The position numbers and the translations under genes were made by a program. From positions 2,624,001 through 2,688,000 of the forward strand of contig CBDBBI010000010.1 in the NCBI GenBank assembly GCA_965202625.1: DNA of 64,000 nt, in the 5' to 3' direction. The DNA is from a bacterium. Lineage in GTDB: Bacteria; UBA8248. Below, piece after piece: positions 40,901 through 53,271 of this stretch. The number at the start of each line of letters is the position of its first letter. Positions within the stretch are counted from its first letter, which is position 1. The notes under the pieces are model-generated. The model was given only the letters and a program-made list of their open reading frames with translations. It did no database searches and was not told the origin of the DNA.

Positions 40901-42108
40901 AGCGCGAGCGTTATCCGGTGGTGTATGGTGCCTACGTTCGCTCCCGAGAGGATTCCAAGGTGAGCGAGGGGGAGATTCTCCTCGAGTGGGACCCTTACAC
41001 GTTTTCCATCATGGCGGAGAAGGAAGGCGCCGTCGCGCTGATCGACGTCATTGAAGGCCTCACTATGCAGGAGGAGATCGACGAGATCACCGGTCTTTCC
41101 CGCCGGGTGATACTGGATCACGCCGATGAGAAACTTCAGCCGCGCGCCGCCCTGCTTGATGACGCCGGCGAACAAATCTCTGTGTATCCCCTGCCGGCTG
41201 GAGCGCATATTAGCGTTCAGGACGGAGAGGCGATTTCCTCGGGGGACATCATCTTCAAGATCACGCGCGAAACGTCCAAGACCAAGGACATTACGGGTGG
41301 GCTACCGCGTGTAGTCGAATTGTTTGAGGCGCGCAAGCCAAAAGAGAACGCCGTCATCTCCGAGATCAACGGGCACGTGAAATTTGCTGGCACGCTTCGG
41401 GGGATGCGGCGCCTCATGGTCGTTTCCGATGAGGGTGATGAGCGCGAATATCTGATTCCCCGCGGCAAACACGTGAACGTGCAGGAAGGAGATAACGTTG
41501 TGGCGGGCGAGCCTCTCATGGACGGGGCGGTGAACCCGCACGACATTTTGGCCGTGCTCGGCGAGAATGAATTACGAAATTATCTCGTCAACGAGGTGCA
41601 AGAAGTGTATCGCCTCCAGGGCGTGAACATCAATGACAAGCACATTGAGATCATCGTTCGCCAGATGCTCAGAAGGCTCGAAGTCGTCGATCCGGGAGAG
41701 ACGGACCTCGTCATTGGAGAGCAGGTGACGCGCGACATGTTCCAAAGGTGCAACCAGGAGGCGCAGAAGGAGGGAAGAACTCCCGCCACGGGCCAACCCA
41801 TCCTCTTGGGCATCACTCGGGCTTCCTTATCCACGGATAGTTTTATCTCGGCGGCTTCCTTTCAGGAAACCACACGCGTTCTCACGCAGGCCGCGGTTTC
41901 GGGAAAAGTGGATTTTCTGCGTGGCTTGAAAGAGAACGTAATTATGGGGAGGCTCATTCCGGCAGGGACTGGAGCGCGTCGATATCAGCAGGTGGAACTC
42001 CTGTCCCCCGGAGTGGATCTGGCGCCCATCGGTGATGACATTCCCGCCGTCATGGACGAGCAGGAGGAGATGGTCTCCGCGACCGAGGAAGGGGCATCTT
42101 CAGAATAG
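37954..42108 (+). CDS. rpoC: RNA polymerase beta' subunit
   Basis: NADFDGD active site, N-terminal Zn finger; TTG start after AAGGAGG. Confidence 0.99.
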   Translation: MDSSLNLFEKPKDPVSFDAIRIRLASPHIIRAWSSGEVKKPETINYRTFRPERDGLFCAVIFGPQKDYECLCGKYKRMKYRGVVCEKCGVEVISSKVRRDRLGHIELATPVSHVWFFKGLPSRIGNVLDMTLRELERILYFESYVVIDPGETELKKFDLLTEEQYRKIAEEYDEDECRVGIGAEAIRELLDQIDLEALSAQLKEEIQETSNLQKRRKLIKRLKVVDAFRNSGNHPEWMILEVIPVLPPELRPLVPLDGGRFATSDLNDLYRRVINRNNRLLKLQELRAPDIIIRNEKRMLQEAVDALFDNGRRGRLLRGPNKRPLKSLSDMLKGKQGRFRQNLLGKRVDYSGRSVIVIGPELKFNQCGLPKKMALELFKPFIFNRLEEKGLVSTIKAAKKMVEEERPEVWDVLEEVVRNHPVILNRAPTLHRMGMQAFMPVLVEGKAIRVHPLVCAAFNADFDGDQMAVHVPLSVEAVEETRVLMLSANNILSPANGTPLAVPSQDIILGCYYLTKPRGGSVGEGHVFGNVDEARVAYDQGEVGLQTRIRIRLGDELVETTVGRVLLYEILPEGVPFDAANCVMDKRALTRLVATCYEKAGRSKTVTFLDALKNLGFTHATQAGISISIDDMKVPDSKGQLTEQARSGVLGVENEYREGLITDGERYNKIIDIWSHVTEEVSGEMFKVLEQEDDSAMSGPGGSDGQPFDFNPIYIMADSGARGSTAQLRQLGGMRGLMAKPSGEIIETPITANFREGLSVLQYFISTHGARKGLADTALKTANSGYLTRRLVDVAQDIIINEEDCGTINGIEMSSLVEGGEIIQALGERIIGRIALEDIKDPFNSEVLCLAGEEIDEQKTRLIDNAGGVEKVTIRSVLTCESHTGVCSKCYGRSLATGQLVEVGEAVGVIAAQSIGEPGTQLTMRTFHIGGTATRAGEQSTVEAKREGFVKYIDLRIITTEKGDMINMNRNGQIAICDETGRERERYPVVYGAYVRSREDSKVSEGEILLEWDPYTFSIMAEKEGAVALIDVIEGLTMQEEIDEITGLSRRVILDHADEKLQPRAALLDDAGEQISVYPLPAGAHISVQDGEAISSGDIIFKITRETSKTKDITGGLPRVVELFEARKPKENAVISEINGHVKFAGTLRGMRRLMVVSDEGDEREYLIPRGKHVNVQEGDNVVAGEPLMDGAVNPHDILAVLGENELRNYLVNEVQEVYRLQGVNINDKHIEIIVRQMLRRLEVVDPGETDLVIGEQVTRDMFQRCNQEAQKEGRTPATGQPILLGITRASLSTDSFISAASFQETTRVLTQAAVSGKVDFLRGLKENVIMGRLIPAGTGARRYQQVELLSPGVDLAPIGDDIPAVMDEQEEMVSATEEGASSE

Positions 42109-42143
42109 CCCCTTGAAAATCTATATTTTTCAACCGTTCGCGG

Positions 42144-42171
42144 TTGACAAGCGTAGGGGTTTGGCTATAAT
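42144..42171 (+). promoter_or_regulatory. Sigma70 promoter of the str operon
   Basis: TTGACA, 16 nt spacer, TATAAT. Confidence 0.8.
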
Positions 42172-42371
42172 CGCCGTTCTTTGCGCGTGCTTGCGTGATT
42201 TACGGACCTCCGTAGCCATGTAATCATTCGGAATCATTGTGTATATTTGATTCATCCCGTCTTGGTACTCGGCCCAAAAGGGAGGGAGTTTCCGAGATGA
42301 TTGTGAAGATTGCTTTGAGCTCGGAAGGGGATAGTTTTCGGGAGCGACTTTTCTCGACCTTGGAGTGAACG

Positions 42372-42743
42372 GTGCCGACGATCAACCAATTGATACGCAA
42401 GGGACGCAAGCGGATTCAGACGAAAACTGACAGCCCGGCGTTGCGCAACTGTCCCCAGAAGCGCGGCGTTTGTGTGCGCGTGTATACGACGACGCCCAAG
42501 AAACCGAACTCCGCGCTCAGAAAAGTTGCGCGCGTGCGACTTACTAACGGCATGGAGGTGACTACTTACATTCCGGGCGAGGGACATAACCTTCAGGAGC
42601 ACTCCATCGTTTTGATTCGGGGCGGACGCGTGAAGGATTTGCCCGGCATCCGCTATCATGTCGTTCGAGGCACGCTGGATACCGTGGGCGTGGAGGCGCG
42701 CCGCAACGGCCGCTCCAAATACGGGGCCAAAAAACCGAAATGA
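42372..42743 (+). CDS. rpsL: 30S ribosomal protein S12
   Basis: [19 protein letters not shown]. Confidence 0.99.
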   Translation: MPTINQLIRKGRKRIQTKTDSPALRNCPQKRGVCVRVYTTTPKKPNSALRKVARVRLTNGMEVTTYIPGEGHNLQEHSIVLIRGGRVKDLPGIRYHVVRGTLDTVGVEARRNGRSKYGAKKPK

Positions 42744-42794
42744 GCGAGGTTTGCCCTTGACGCTCAAGATATAAAAGGGAGGTTCATTCTTTCC

Positions 42795-43262
42795 ATGGCG
42801 AGAAGAAAGAGAGCCACGAGAAGAACCATTTTGCCGGATCCAAAATTCAACGACCGGATGGTGACGAAATTCATCAACTCCTTGATGCTCAAGGGAAAGA
42901 AGAGTTTGGCGGAGCGCGTGTTCTACGGAGCGATGGACGTGGTCGAGGAGAAGATGAAGGAAGATCCAATCAAAATATTCAAGCGCGCCATGGACAACGT
43001 GAAGCCTGCTCTTGAGGTTCGCTCCAGACGCGTGGGCGGTGCCACCTATCAGGTGCCCGTGGAGGTGCGGCCCGACAGGCGTACGGCCCTAAGCATCCGT
43101 TGGATCATCCAGAACGCCCGAAGTCGGGATCGAAAGATAGCGCACGGCCTTGCCTCCGAAATTATGGACGCTGCGAACGATACGGGCGGCGCGGTTCGTT
43201 TGAAAGAGAATACGCATCGCATGGCGGAGGCGAACAAGGCGTTCGCCCATTATCGCTGGTAG
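42795..43262 (+). CDS. rpsG: 30S ribosomal protein S7
   Basis: [25 protein letters not shown]. Confidence 0.99.
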   Translation: MARRKRATRRTILPDPKFNDRMVTKFINSLMLKGKKSLAERVFYGAMDVVEEKMKEDPIKIFKRAMDNVKPALEVRSRRVGGATYQVPVEVRPDRRTALSIRWIIQNARSRDRKIAHGLASEIMDAANDTGGAVRLKENTHRMAEANKAFAHYRW

Positions 43263-43282
43263 ATTCGAGGGAAGGACGAGGC

Positions 43283-45391
43283 GTGCCAAAAGAAACGATG
43301 CTCGAAAAGACGAGAAACATCGGCATCATGGCGCACATCGACGCCGGTAAGACAACTACGACCGAGCGCATCCTGTTTTACACGGGCAGAACTCACAAGA
43401 TAGGCGAGGTTCACGACGGCGCGGCCACCATGGACTGGATGGCGCAGGAGCAGGAGCGCGGCATCACGATTACGTCTGCAGCGACGCGCTGCGCCTGGAA
43501 CGATCATGTCATCAACATCATCGACACGCCTGGCCACGTGGACTTCACGGCCGAGGTGGAAAGAAGTCTGCGTGTTCTTGATGGCGCGGTGGCTGTGTTC
43601 TGCGCCGTGGGCGGTGTAGAGCCGCAAAGCGAGACGGTATGGCGACAGGCGGAGAAATACGGCGTACCTCGCCTCGTGTTCGTCAATAAAATGGATAGGA
43701 CGGGCGCGGACTTCACTCGCGTGGTGGAGGAGGTGAGAGAGCGCCTCGCCGCGAATCCGCTCGTGCTTCAGGCACCGATAGGGGCCGAGGAGGACTTCTC
43801 GGGCATGGTAGATATCGTGACCATGAAGGCGCGAGTGTTCAGGGATCCGATGGGCGCGTCCTACGAGGAGGCAGAGGTGCCCGAGGAGATGCGGTCGGAG
43901 GTGGCGGATTTAAGGGAGAATCTCTTCGACGCCCTCTCGATGTTCGATGATTCGCTGTTGGAGAAATACTTGGAGGGAAAGGAAATTTCTTCGGCGGAGA
44001 TTCGTGCCGCGGTTCGTCGGGGGACGCTGGCGGGCGAATTCGTGCCCGTTGTATGCGGCGCGGCGTTCAGGAACAAAGGCGTGCAGCTTTTGCTCGACGC
44101 CATCGTGGATTATCTTCCCTCCCCCCTCGACATTCCGCCGATTCAGGCGGTCCTCTCGGATGCGGATTTAGAATTGGGTAGAAGGCCCGAGGATCGGGCA
44201 CCAGCAGACGATGCTCCCCTGTGCGCCTTGGCTTTCAAGGTGATGACAGACTCTTACGTCGGTCAACTGGTGTTTATGCGCATATATTCCGGCGTGCTGA
44301 AATCCGGCTCCGCTGTGTTGAATACGACTACTGGAAAGCAAGAGCGCGTCGGGCGGCTCATGCGAATGCACGCGAACAAGCGCGAAGAAATAGGGGAGGC
44401 CCATGCGGGGGATATCGTCGCCGCATTGGGCATCAAGCAGGCGAAAACGGGCCATACCCTCTCTGATCCCGTTCATCCCGTCCTTCTTGAAACCATCCAC
44501 TTTCCCGAACCCGTCATCTCCATCGCAATTGAGCCGAAGACGAAGTCGGACCAGGATAAGCTCGGCACCGCCCTCGCTAGGCTTTCGAACGAGGACCCGA
44601 CCTTTCGGGTGCGCTCCGATGAAGAAACTGCGCAGACCATTCTCTCCGGCATGGGGGAGCTTCATTTGGAAGTTCTGGTGGACAGGCTTTTCAGGGAATT
44701 CGCGCTGGAGGCCAGTGTGGGCAAGCCCCAGGTGGCTTATCGGGAGACGATTCGGGCGGAGGCCGTCGCTCATGGACGCTTCGTGCGCCAATCCGGCGGG
44801 CGAGGGCAGTTCGGTGACGTGGAAATCGCGATCAAGCCTCTCGTTCCTGGCAGCGGCTTTCAATTCGTCAACAAAATTGTAGGCGGCGTGATTCCAAGAG
44901 AATATGTTCCAGCGGTGGAGAGCGGTGTCAAGGAGGCCATGGAAAACGGCGTCCTCGCGGGGTATCCGCTTCTCGACGTAGAAGTTACGCTTTTTGATGG
45001 TTCTTTTCATCAGGTGGACAGCTCCGAGATGGCTTTCAAAATTGCCGGCTCCATGGCTTTTAAGGAGGCCGCGCGGAAAGCCAACCCAGTCCTACTCGAA
45101 CCCGTTATGGATGTGGAGGTGGTGTGTCCTGCGGATTTCCTGGGCGACGTCATGGGTGATCTTACTTCTCGCCGCGGCCGAATTCGTGAAATGGAGGACA
45201 GGGCGGGAGCGAAGGCGGTGAGCGCCTCCGTCCCTTTGTCGGAGGTGTTTGGCTACGCGACCGATTTGCGATCGATGACCCAGGGCAGGGCGACCTATAC
45301 GATGCAATTTGGGCGCTATGAGGAGACGCCTCGACAGCTTTCCGAGGAACTCGTGGCGCGAAACGTTGGTGCGGCGGCCCACACGGCGTAG
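43283..45391 (+). CDS. fusA: Elongation factor G
   Basis: [36 protein letters not shown]. Confidence 0.99.
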   Translation: MPKETMLEKTRNIGIMAHIDAGKTTTTERILFYTGRTHKIGEVHDGAATMDWMAQEQERGITITSAATRCAWNDHVINIIDTPGHVDFTAEVERSLRVLDGAVAVFCAVGGVEPQSETVWRQAEKYGVPRLVFVNKMDRTGADFTRVVEEVRERLAANPLVLQAPIGAEEDFSGMVDIVTMKARVFRDPMGASYEEAEVPEEMRSEVADLRENLFDALSMFDDSLLEKYLEGKEISSAEIRAAVRRGTLAGEFVPVVCGAAFRNKGVQLLLDAIVDYLPSPLDIPPIQAVLSDADLELGRRPEDRAPADDAPLCALAFKVMTDSYVGQLVFMRIYSGVLKSGSAVLNTTTGKQERVGRLMRMHANKREEIGEAHAGDIVAALGIKQAKTGHTLSDPVHPVLLETIHFPEPVISIAIEPKTKSDQDKLGTALARLSNEDPTFRVRSDEETAQTILSGMGELHLEVLVDRLFREFALEASVGKPQVAYRETIRAEAVAHGRFVRQSGGRGQFGDVEIAIKPLVPGSGFQFVNKIVGGVIPREYVPAVESGVKEAMENGVLAGYPLLDVEVTLFDGSFHQVDSSEMAFKIAGSMAFKEAARKANPVLLEPVMDVEVVCPADFLGDVMGDLTSRRGRIREMEDRAGAKAVSASVPLSEVFGYATDLRSMTQGRATYTMQFGRYEETPRQLSEELVARNVGAAAHTA

Positions 45392-45464
45392 CTCTGTTTC
45401 CTGAGAGACGGCGCGCGGCCCGCTCCCATCTCTGGATATAAGACGAAAAGGAGAAAGAGGCTCC

Positions 45465-46643
45465 ATGGCGAAGGCGAAGTTTGAGCGGACGAAGCCGCAC
45501 GTGAACGTAGGGACGATAGGTCACGTTGATCACGGGAAGACGACTCTGACGGCGGCGATCACGCGGCATTTGTCTGGGAAGGGGATGGCGCAGGAGGTAG
45601 GGTTTGACGAGATAGACAAGGCGCCGGAGGAGCGCGAGCGAGGGATAACGATAGCGACGGCGCATGTGGAGTATGAGACGGAGCGTCGGCACTACGCGCA
45701 CGTGGATTGTCCTGGTCATGCGGATTATGTGAAGAACATGATAACGGGCGCGGCGCAGATGGATGGTGCGATTTTAGTGGTTTCTGCTGCGGATGGTCCG
45801 ATGCCGCAGACGCGGGAGCACATTCTGTTGGCGCGCCAGGTGGGGGTTCCGTATATTTGCGTGTATTTGAACAAGGTGGACATGGTGGACGACGAGGAGT
45901 TGCTGGAGTTGGTGGAGTTGGAGGTTCGGGAGTTGCTCTCGACGTATGAGTTTCCTGGAGACGACATACCAGTGGTTCGCGGCTCTGCGCTTCGGGCTTT
46001 GGAGGGGAGCGATACGGGTTCGATAGATGATTTGATGGAAGCGGTGGACGAGTATATTCCTGAGCCTGTTCGGGACGTTGACAAGCCGTTTTTGATGCCT
46101 GTGGAGGATGTGTTCTCGATATCGGGTCGAGGGACGGTGGCGACGGGTCGGGTGGAGCGCGGGGTTGTGAACGTGGGGGACGATGTAGAGATAGTGGGGA
46201 TAACGGATACGCGGAAGACGGTGGCGACGGGCGTGGAGATGTTTCGCAAGTTGCTGGATCAGGGTCGTGCGGGCGACAACGTGGGAGTTTTGCTTCGGGG
46301 TGTGAAGAAAGACGAGATAGAGCGGGGGCAGGTTTTGTCGGCGCCCACGTCAATACTGCCGCATCTGAAGTTCAAGGGCGAGGTGTATATTCTGACGAAG
46401 GAGGAAGGGGGTCGTCACACGCCGTTTTTTAACGGGTATCGTCCACAGTTTTATTTTCGGACGACGGATGTGACGGGTCTGGTGACGTTGCCGGAGGGTC
46501 GAGAGATGGTGATGCCCGGAGACAACGTGTCTCTGGACGTGGAGTTGATAACGCCGATAGCGATGGAGCGCGAGTTGCGGTTCGCGATACGCGAGGGTGG
46601 GCGCACGGTGGGTGCCGGCGTCGTCACCGAAGTCCTCCAGTAG
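45465..46643 (+). CDS. tuf: Elongation factor Tu (copy 2)
   Basis: Protein identical to copy 1. Confidence 0.99.
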   Translation: MAKAKFERTKPHVNVGTIGHVDHGKTTLTAAITRHLSGKGMAQEVGFDEIDKAPEERERGITIATAHVEYETERRHYAHVDCPGHADYVKNMITGAAQMDGAILVVSAADGPMPQTREHILLARQVGVPYICVYLNKVDMVDDEELLELVELEVRELLSTYEFPGDDIPVVRGSALRALEGSDTGSIDDLMEAVDEYIPEPVRDVDKPFLMPVEDVFSISGRGTVATGRVERGVVNVGDDVEIVGITDTRKTVATGVEMFRKLLDQGRAGDNVGVLLRGVKKDEIERGQVLSAPTSILPHLKFKGEVYILTKEEGGRHTPFFNGYRPQFYFRTTDVTGLVTLPEGREMVMPGDNVSLDVELITPIAMERELRFAIREGGRTVGAGVVTEVLQ

Positions 46644-46669
46644 CCGTGAAAAAAAGGTAGCGGGAGATC

Positions 46670-46978
46670 ATGAGCCAGAAGATCCGGATTCGGTTGAAAG
46701 CCTACGATCATCGCCTGTTGGATCAATCGGTGGGCGAGATTGTTGATACAGTGAAGCGCACGGGTGCCTTGTTGGTTGGTCCCGTGCCGCTGCCCACCTC
46801 CATCAATAAGTATACGGTGCTGCGCGGCCCGCACATCGACAAAAAATCGAGAGAGCAGTTTGAAATTCGGACGCACAAGCGCCTTGTGGACATCATGGAG
46901 CCGACGCAGCGGACGGTGGACGCGTTGATGAAGCTGGAACTCGCCGCTGGCGTGGACGTCGAGATCAAGTTGAATTAG
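46670..46978 (+). CDS. rpsJ: 30S ribosomal protein S10
   Basis: [17 protein letters not shown]. Confidence 0.99.
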   Translation: MSQKIRIRLKAYDHRLLDQSVGEIVDTVKRTGALLVGPVPLPTSINKYTVLRGPHIDKKSREQFEIRTHKRLVDIMEPTQRTVDALMKLELAAGVDVEIKLN

Positions 46979-46983
46979 ACGGG

Positions 46984-47706
46984 ATGGGAGAGATGGAATT
47001 TTTGCTTGGTCGAAAAATTGGAATGACCCAGGTTTTTTCTCCGGATGGAGGCTCCGTTTCAGTGACGGTAGTCGAGGCCGGCCCCTGCACCGTCGTGCAG
47101 CGTAAGAGCGAGGAGAGAGACGGTTACGCGGCGCTTCAGCTAGGCTATATGCCCCGAAAGGAGAAGGGGCTCTCGAAGGCGGCCCTGGGTCATTTCCGAA
47201 AAGCGGGGACGCAGCCATTTCGCTATCTGAGGGAAGTTCCATTTGAGGAAGGGGATGCGTCCTTAGAGTCCGGTAGCTTGGTGGACGTGACGATATTCGA
47301 TCGGGGCGATCGCCTTGATGTGACGGGTACGAGCAAGGGGCGCGGCTTCGCTGGCGTGATGAAGCGCCATGGCTTCGGCGGCGGACCGGCCTCTCACGGT
47401 GGCATGTTCGACCGCCTGCCCGGCGCGATGGGAGCCTCGGCCTATCCCTCGAAAATCATCAAGGGAAAGAAAATGCCGGGTCAGATGGGAAACAAGAGGT
47501 TCACTGCGCAGGGGCTTTTGGTGGTGGACGTCATTCCCGAAGATAACCTGCTTCTGCTTCGAGGTGCTGTCCCCGGGGCGAATAATGGATTTTTGGTTTT
47601 GCGCACAAGTGTCAAGGGCGACAAGGGCGGGTTGGAGAAGCCAAAAGAGCAGACCAGAAGTCTGGATCCTCTAAAGGCTTCCAAGCGGGCCGCTCGAGGA
47701 AATTGA
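46984..47706 (+). CDS. rplC: 50S ribosomal protein L3
   Basis: GRKIGMTQVF, SKGRGFAGVMKRH. Confidence 0.98.
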   Translation: MGEMEFLLGRKIGMTQVFSPDGGSVSVTVVEAGPCTVVQRKSEERDGYAALQLGYMPRKEKGLSKAALGHFRKAGTQPFRYLREVPFEEGDASLESGSLVDVTIFDRGDRLDVTGTSKGRGFAGVMKRHGFGGGPASHGGMFDRLPGAMGASAYPSKIIKGKKMPGQMGNKRFTAQGLLVVDVIPEDNLLLLRGAVPGANNGFLVLRTSVKGDKGGLEKPKEQTRSLDPLKASKRAARGN

Positions 47707-47714
47707 GGAACGAG

Positions 47715-48341
47715 ATGCACCAAATCGACGTCTATGACCTAGAGGGAAGGGTGGTGGAGCGGATGGATTTGCCCGAATCCGTTTTTGACGGGCGGGTCAA
47801 GATGCACCTGATCCACCAGATGGTGAAGGCCCAACTCGCGGTGCGGCGGGCGGGCACGCATTCGACGCTGACGCGCAAGGAGGTGCATGGCACGGGGGCG
47901 AAGCCTTTCCGGCAAAAGGGCGGAGGTCGTGCGCGCGCAGGCGACGTGAAATCACCCATCTGGCGGCATGGAGGAGTGGCCTTTGGTGTCAAGCCGCGCG
48001 ACTACGAGCAGAAGATGAATAAGAAGATGAGGCGCGGCGCGTTGAGGAGTGCTCTCAACCTCAAGTGGAAGGAAGGAAAACTGCTCGTCGTGCGCGACCT
48101 CCATTTGCCGGAGCCAAAGACGCGTCTGGTGACGAGCGTCATCGAAAGTTTGAACCTGGGGCGCAAGTCGTTGGTCGTGGATGATGGGAAGGAACGGAAT
48201 TTCGAGTTGGGGTCGAGAAACGTCAAGGGAACGAAGCCGATAAGACCTGAGGGTCTGAACGTGTATGACATCATGGGTCATGAGCACCTGGTCTTCACTA
48301 GGCGCGCGCTTGAGGGCATCTCCGAAAGGTTGGGGGGTTAA
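47715..48341 (+). CDS. rplD: 50S ribosomal protein L4
   Basis: KPFRQKGGGRARAG, SPIWRHGG. Confidence 0.98.
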   Translation: MHQIDVYDLEGRVVERMDLPESVFDGRVKMHLIHQMVKAQLAVRRAGTHSTLTRKEVHGTGAKPFRQKGGGRARAGDVKSPIWRHGGVAFGVKPRDYEQKMNKKMRRGALRSALNLKWKEGKLLVVRDLHLPEPKTRLVTSVIESLNLGRKSLVVDDGKERNFELGSRNVKGTKPIRPEGLNVYDIMGHEHLVFTRRALEGISERLGG

Positions 48342-48344
48342 GAG

Positions 48345-48632
48345 GTGGAGAGCACGTTTATCATCCGCCGCCCCTGCGTGACGGAAAAGAGCATCGCGAG
48401 CGCTGAGGGAGCGAACAAAATCGTCTTCGAAGTCGCCATGGACGCCAATAAAATAGAGATCAAGAAGGCGGTGGAAGAGTTGTTCGGCGTGGTAGTGCTC
48501 AACGTGAACACGATGCGAATGCCCAGCAAGAGCGTTCGTATGGGACGTCATCAGGGCAGAAAGCCGCCGTGGAAAAAAGCGATAGTGACGTTGCGCGAGG
48601 GCGATACTATCGAGTTTTTTGAATCCGCTTAG
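48345..48632 (+). CDS. rplW: 50S ribosomal protein L23
   Basis: [23 protein letters not shown]. Confidence 0.97.
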   Translation: MESTFIIRRPCVTEKSIASAEGANKIVFEVAMDANKIEIKKAVEELFGVVVLNVNTMRMPSKSVRMGRHQGRKPPWKKAIVTLREGDTIEFFESA

Positions 48633-48649
48633 TTTTTGGAGTGTGTGTT

Positions 48650-49480
48650 ATGCCGGTCAAAAAATACAAACCGACCTCTCCGGGACGAAGGTTTCAGGAT
48701 GTCCTGACACGTGAGGACATAACGGCGGATCGCCCCGAAAAAACCCTCACCAGGGGAATGTCGAAATCCGGCGGACGCAACAACCGGGGGCGCATCACCA
48801 CCTACCAAAGAGGTGGAGGCCACAAGCGCCGCTATCGGGTGGTGGATTTTCGGCGCGAGAAGATCGGTGTGCCCGGCAAGGTGCGTTCCATTGAGTACGA
48901 CCCTAACCGCTCTGCGCGTTTGGCGCTCGTTGTCTATCTGGACGGGGAGAAGCGTTACATCATCGCGCCCGATGGACTGGAAGTGGGTGCTACTGTCAGT
49001 TCGGGGCCAGAATCTGAAATTCGCGTCGGCAACGCGTTGCCCGTAGAGCGGATTCCATTGGGGACGACATGCCACAACATCGAGATGAAACCCGGGAGGG
49101 GGGGGCAGATTGCCCGCAGCGCGGGCGTGAGTGCCCAGCTCATGGCGAAGGAGGGCAATTATGCGCAATTTCGCCTCTCCTCCGGCGAGGTTCGCATGAT
49201 TCACCTCTCTTGCTATGCCACAATAGGCGAAGTGGGAAATTCCGACCACGGCAACGTGAGTCTCGGCAAGGCGGGGCGAAAGCGTTGGCTGGGCCGACGT
49301 CCAAACGTCCGCGGCGTTGCCATGAATCCGGTGGATCACCCCTTGGGTGGTGGCGAAGGGAAAAGTTCGGGCGGCAGGCACCCGGTCACTCCGTGGGGGA
49401 AGCCGACGAAAGGGTATAAGACGCGGAAGAAGGGAAAGTCCTCTTCCAAGTTCATCGTGCGGCGCGGAAAATCCAGATAG
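48650..49480 (+). CDS. rplB: 50S ribosomal protein L2
   Basis: [25 protein letters not shown]. Confidence 0.99.
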   Translation: MPVKKYKPTSPGRRFQDVLTREDITADRPEKTLTRGMSKSGGRNNRGRITTYQRGGGHKRRYRVVDFRREKIGVPGKVRSIEYDPNRSARLALVVYLDGEKRYIIAPDGLEVGATVSSGPESEIRVGNALPVERIPLGTTCHNIEMKPGRGGQIARSAGVSAQLMAKEGNYAQFRLSSGEVRMIHLSCYATIGEVGNSDHGNVSLGKAGRKRWLGRRPNVRGVAMNPVDHPLGGGEGKSSGGRHPVTPWGKPTKGYKTRKKGKSSSKFIVRRGKSR

Positions 49481-49506
49481 CTGGATTTCAGGGAGGTTTC
49501 ATAGAG

Positions 49507-49791
49507 ATGCCACGTTCTCTTCATAAAGGACCATTTATAGATACCCATCTTCGCAAGAAGGTGGAGGCGATGGACGAGAGCGGCGAGAAGAGGATGATCA
49601 GGACTTGGTCGAGACGTTCCACCATCATCCCTGACTTCGTCGGTCATACGTTCGCCGTGCACAATGGCAAGAAATTCATCCCCGTTTACGTGACGGAGAA
49701 CATGGTGGGCTTCAAACTTGGGGATTTTTCTCCGACTCGGACGTTTCGCTCCCACTCCGGTATGGCGAAGCGGCAGGTGACGCTGAAATAG
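49507..49791 (+). CDS. rpsS: 30S ribosomal protein S19
   Basis: [13 protein letters not shown]. Confidence 0.98.
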   Translation: MPRSLHKGPFIDTHLRKKVEAMDESGEKRMIRTWSRRSTIIPDFVGHTFAVHNGKKFIPVYVTENMVGFKLGDFSPTRTFRSHSGMAKRQVTLK

Positions 49792-49829
49792 TTTTTCGTT
49801 CGAACGGACGGGAGGGGCAAGGGAAAGGC

Positions 49830-50165
49830 ATGGCGAGAGCGACTTTGCTATACTATCGGGCCAAACCGCGCAAGACGCGCCAGATAGCCGACATGATTCG
49901 CGGGGAGCGGGTGTCGGACGCGCTCACGCTTTTGCGCCTTTCCGTGCGTTCTTCGGCGCGGGTGGTGGAGAAGGTTCTTCTTTCTGCGCTGGCGAATGCC
50001 ACGGAAAAGGGGGAGAACGACGATCCCGAAGGTTTGATCGTCAGAAGCGCGCGGGTTGACAATGGGCCGACCCTCAAGCGCTTTCGCGCGCGAGCGCGCG
50101 GCCGCACTGGCCGCGTGAAACATCGGAGCTGCTACGTTCACGTAGATATTGGAGAGGCGGGTTAG
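49830..50165 (+). CDS. rplV: 50S ribosomal protein L22
   Basis: PRKTRQIADMIRG, GPTLKRFRARARGR. Confidence 0.96.
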   Translation: MARATLLYYRAKPRKTRQIADMIRGERVSDALTLLRLSVRSSARVVEKVLLSALANATEKGENDDPEGLIVRSARVDNGPTLKRFRARARGRTGRVKHRSCYVHVDIGEAG

Positions 50166-50174
50166 GGGGATAAC

Positions 50175-50840
50175 ATGGGTCAAAAGGTTCATCCCATCGG
50201 GTTTCGGGTCGGCATCACCAGAGGCTGGAATTCGGCATGGTTTGCGAAACGCAATTTCGGCGATCTGCTTTTGGACGATTTACGCATCAAGAAATATGTG
50301 AAGGAGCGTCTCTCTCACGCGGGGGTGAGCAACGTGGAGATCGAGCGCGCCAGCGAGCGGGCGCGCATCAACATCTGGACGGCGCGACCGGGCATCATCA
50401 TCGGAAAGCGTGGAGCAGAGGTGGATAGGCTCAAGGCGGATCTGCAAAGGCTGACGGGCAAACAGGTGAACGTGAACATCAAGGAAGTGCGCAAGGCGGA
50501 AATGGACGCCCAACTCGTGGCGGAGAACATCGCCATGCAGCTGGAGCGTCGAATCGCTTTTCGCCGCGCCATGAAAAAATCGGTGACCTCGGCCCTTCGA
50601 TTCGGCGCTAAGGGCGTGAAGATTCAGTGCTCTGGCAGGTTGGGCGGCTCCGAGATTGCGCGAACGGAATGGTATCGGGAGGGGCGCGTGCCCCTGCAGA
50701 CTCTTCGCGCGGATATTGACTACGGGTTCGCCGAAAGCAAGACGACGTATGGAATCGTCGGCGTGAAGGTCTGGATATTCAGGGGCGAGATGATTCGACA
50801 GGCCAGAAGAAAGCCGGCTTCTCAGCCGCTGGGTACCTGA
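50175..50840 (+). CDS. rpsC: 30S ribosomal protein S3
   Basis: [25 protein letters not shown]. Confidence 0.99.
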   Translation: MGQKVHPIGFRVGITRGWNSAWFAKRNFGDLLLDDLRIKKYVKERLSHAGVSNVEIERASERARINIWTARPGIIIGKRGAEVDRLKADLQRLTGKQVNVNIKEVRKAEMDAQLVAENIAMQLERRIAFRRAMKKSVTSALRFGAKGVKIQCSGRLGGSEIARTEWYREGRVPLQTLRADIDYGFAESKTTYGIVGVKVWIFRGEMIRQARRKPASQPLGT

Positions 50841-50859
50841 GCCGCTTAGGGGGCGAGAT

Positions 50860-51267
50860 ATGTTGCAACCAAAAAGAACGAAGTTCAGAAAAATGCAAAA
50901 GGGCCGTCTGAACGGGAAGGCCCAGCGCGGCGCCACGCTCTCGTTTGGTTCCTATGGACTTCAAGCCCTGGAGACGACACATATTACGGCACGCCAGATT
51001 GAGGCGGCCCGTATCGCGATGACGCGCCACGTCAAGCGCGGCGGGCGGATATGGATTCGCCTTTTTCCGGATAAGCCTGTTTGCAAGAAACCGGCCGAGG
51101 TTCGTATGGGCAAGGGCAAAGGCGCGCCCGAGTCGTGGGTCTCGCCCGTGCGCGCGGGCAAAGTGCTCTATGAGATGGATGGAGTCGGCGATGATGTCGC
51201 GCGCGAGGCGCTTCGTCTAGCTGCCCAGAAGCTACCCTGCAAAACCCGAATCGTGAATGCTTCATGA
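50860..51267 (+). CDS. rplP: 50S ribosomal protein L16
   Basis: [18 protein letters not shown]. Confidence 0.99.
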   Translation: MLQPKRTKFRKMQKGRLNGKAQRGATLSFGSYGLQALETTHITARQIEAARIAMTRHVKRGGRIWIRLFPDKPVCKKPAEVRMGKGKGAPESWVSPVRAGKVLYEMDGVGDDVAREALRLAAQKLPCKTRIVNAS

Positions 51268-51279
51268 GAGGTTGACGGC

Positions 51280-51495
51280 GTGAAATACAGCGAAGTGCTC
51301 GATTTGAGCGATGACGAACTGGGATTGAAAGAGAAGGAGCTGCGTCAGGAATTGTTCAACTTGCGCTTTCGCAAGGCGACGGGCCAGTTGGACAACACGG
51401 CGCGCATCGGCCTTTTGAAGCAGGATTTAGCGCGGGTGTTGACTTCAAGGCATGAGCGGGCGCGGACGACGGGCGCTGGGGGAGAGCGGTCATAG
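51280..51495 (+). CDS. rpmC: 50S ribosomal protein L29
   Basis: ELFNLRFRKATGQL. Confidence 0.95.
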   Translation: MKYSEVLDLSDDELGLKEKELRQELFNLRFRKATGQLDNTARIGLLKQDLARVLTSRHERARTTGAGGERS

Positions 51496-51756
51496 ATGAA
51501 TGAGGTTCGGGGCAGGCGGAAGGTCCGAGAAGGGAAAGTTGTGAGCGATCGCATGGATAAGACTGTCACCGTTGAGGTGGTGCGCATCTTTAAGCATGCG
51601 ACCTTCAAGCGCGTCGTGCGCAGGCGCAAGAAGTATTTGGTGCATGATGAAGAAAACGCCCTCCATGTGGGGGACAGGGTGCGCATCATTGAGTCCAGGC
51701 CGCTGAGCCGGAAGAAGCGCTGGCGCCTTCTGGAAGTGATCCAGCGGGCGAGGTAG
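51496..51756 (+). CDS. rpsQ: 30S ribosomal protein S17
   Basis: GKVVSDRMDKTVTV, ESRPLSRKKRW. Confidence 0.98.
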   Translation: MNEVRGRRKVREGKVVSDRMDKTVTVEVVRIFKHATFKRVVRRRKKYLVHDEENALHVGDRVRIIESRPLSRKKRWRLLEVIQRAR

Positions 51757-51768
51757 GGAACGAGAGAA

Positions 51769-52137
51769 ATGATTCAGGTTGAAACGATGTGTAGCGTGGC
51801 GGATAATTCGGGGGCGAAGCGCGCTCAATGCATCAAGGTGTTGGGTGGTTCTCGGCGCAGGTACGCGCGAATCGGCGATATCATTGTCGTGGCGATTAAG
51901 GAGGCCATACCGAATAGTTCCGTGAAAAAGGGAGAGGTCAGGCGGGCCGTCGTGGTTCGGACTGTAAAGGAGACCGGGCGGGCGGACGGCACCTATATTC
52001 GCTTTGACGACAACGCCGTCGTCATCATCAACGAAGCGCGTGAACCGATGGGGACGCGCATTTTCGGGCCAGTAGCCCGCGAGTTGAGGCGAAAGCGGTT
52101 CATGCGCATCGTCTCGCTCGCGCCGGAGGTTTTGTGA
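51769..52137 (+). CDS. rplN: 50S ribosomal protein L14
   Basis: [20 protein letters not shown]. Confidence 0.99.
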   Translation: MIQVETMCSVADNSGAKRAQCIKVLGGSRRRYARIGDIIVVAIKEAIPNSSVKKGEVRRAVVVRTVKETGRADGTYIRFDDNAVVIINEAREPMGTRIFGPVARELRRKRFMRIVSLAPEVL

Positions 52138-52160
52138 GGAACAAATTGGGCGCGAACTCT

Positions 52161-52484
52161 ATGAAGGCGCATGTGAAAAAGGGCGACATTGTTCAGGTGA
52201 TCGCAGGCCGTGAAAAGGGCAAGACCGGCAAGGTGCTTCAGGTACTCAAGAATGAGAACCGCGTGCTTGTCGAGAAGCTGAACATGGTGAAGCGACATAC
52301 GAAGCCGACCCAGGCGAATCAGCGGGGCGGCATTCTGGAGCGCGAGGGGAAGATTCATATTTCCAACGTCATGCCGATGGACCCCAAGACGAGTCGTCCC
52401 TCCCGCGTTCAAAGGAAGCGACTTGAAGATGGCGCGCGTGTACGCGTGACACAGCGTAGCGGCGAATTGCTCGACACAGTGTAG
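52161..52484 (+). CDS. rplX: 50S ribosomal protein L24
   Basis: [24 protein letters not shown]. Confidence 0.98.
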   Translation: MKAHVKKGDIVQVIAGREKGKTGKVLQVLKNENRVLVEKLNMVKRHTKPTQANQRGGILEREGKIHISNVMPMDPKTSRPSRVQRKRLEDGARVRVTQRSGELLDTV

Positions 52485-52506
52485 GCGAAGAAGGGTTTTG
52501 ACGGAG

Positions 52507-53058
52507 ATGGTATACGTTCCCAGAATGTTGCGGTTGTATCGTGATGAAATCATCGAGAAGCTTCGCAAGGAGTTTGCATATGCCAACGTCATGCAAATTC
52601 CGCGGCTTCTGAAAGTTACGTTGAACATGGGGCTTGGGGAGGCCGTTCAGAACGCGGCGACTCTCCAGAACGGTATCGCGGAGTTGACGAGTGTTGCGGG
52701 ACAGAAGCCGGTCATCACACGGGCGAGGAAATCGATTGCGAATTTCAAGCTTCGCGAGGGGATGCCCATCGGAGCGATGGTGACGCTTCGAGGTGCTCGG
52801 ATGTGGGATTTCACGGATCGTCTGGTGAATGTGGCCCTCCCCCGCGTGCGCGATTTTAGGGGGTTGAGTCCAAAGTCGTTTGACGGCCGTGGAAATTACA
52901 GCCTAGGACTTCGCGATCAAATCATTTTTCCCGAAATCGACATCGACAAAGTGGATAAATCTCGTGGTATTGGTATTGTCATGAATACGTCGGCGAACAC
53001 GGATGAGGAGGGACGGGCGTTGCTTCGCGAGTTGGGCGTCCCCTTCAGGACGACTTAG
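52507..53058 (+). CDS. rplE: 50S ribosomal protein L5
   Basis: [27 protein letters not shown]. Confidence 0.99.
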   Translation: MVYVPRMLRLYRDEIIEKLRKEFAYANVMQIPRLLKVTLNMGLGEAVQNAATLQNGIAELTSVAGQKPVITRARKSIANFKLREGMPIGAMVTLRGARMWDFTDRLVNVALPRVRDFRGLSPKSFDGRGNYSLGLRDQIIFPEIDIDKVDKSRGIGIVMNTSANTDEEGRALLRELGVPFRTT

Positions 53059-53070
53059 AGAGGAAATGTG

Positions 53071-53256
53071 GTGGCGAAAAAGTGTCTGATCGCGAAACAG
53101 AGAAAAAAGTCTAAATTCGGCGTTCGCGCCTATAATCGTTGCCAGCGTTGCGGGCGTCCTAGGGGGTATTTGAGGCGCTTTCGGCTTTGCCGGATATGCT
53201 TCCGTGAATTGTCGCTCAAGGGCGAGATTCCGGGAGTCACGAAATCAAGCTGGTAG
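53071..53256 (+). CDS. rpsN: 30S ribosomal protein S14 (zinc-binding type Z)
   Basis: RCQRCGR...CRICFR. Confidence 0.97.
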   Translation: MAKKCLIAKQRKKSKFGVRAYNRCQRCGRPRGYLRRFRLCRICFRELSLKGEIPGVTKSSW

Positions 53257-53271
53257 TCGGAGACGAAGAAC

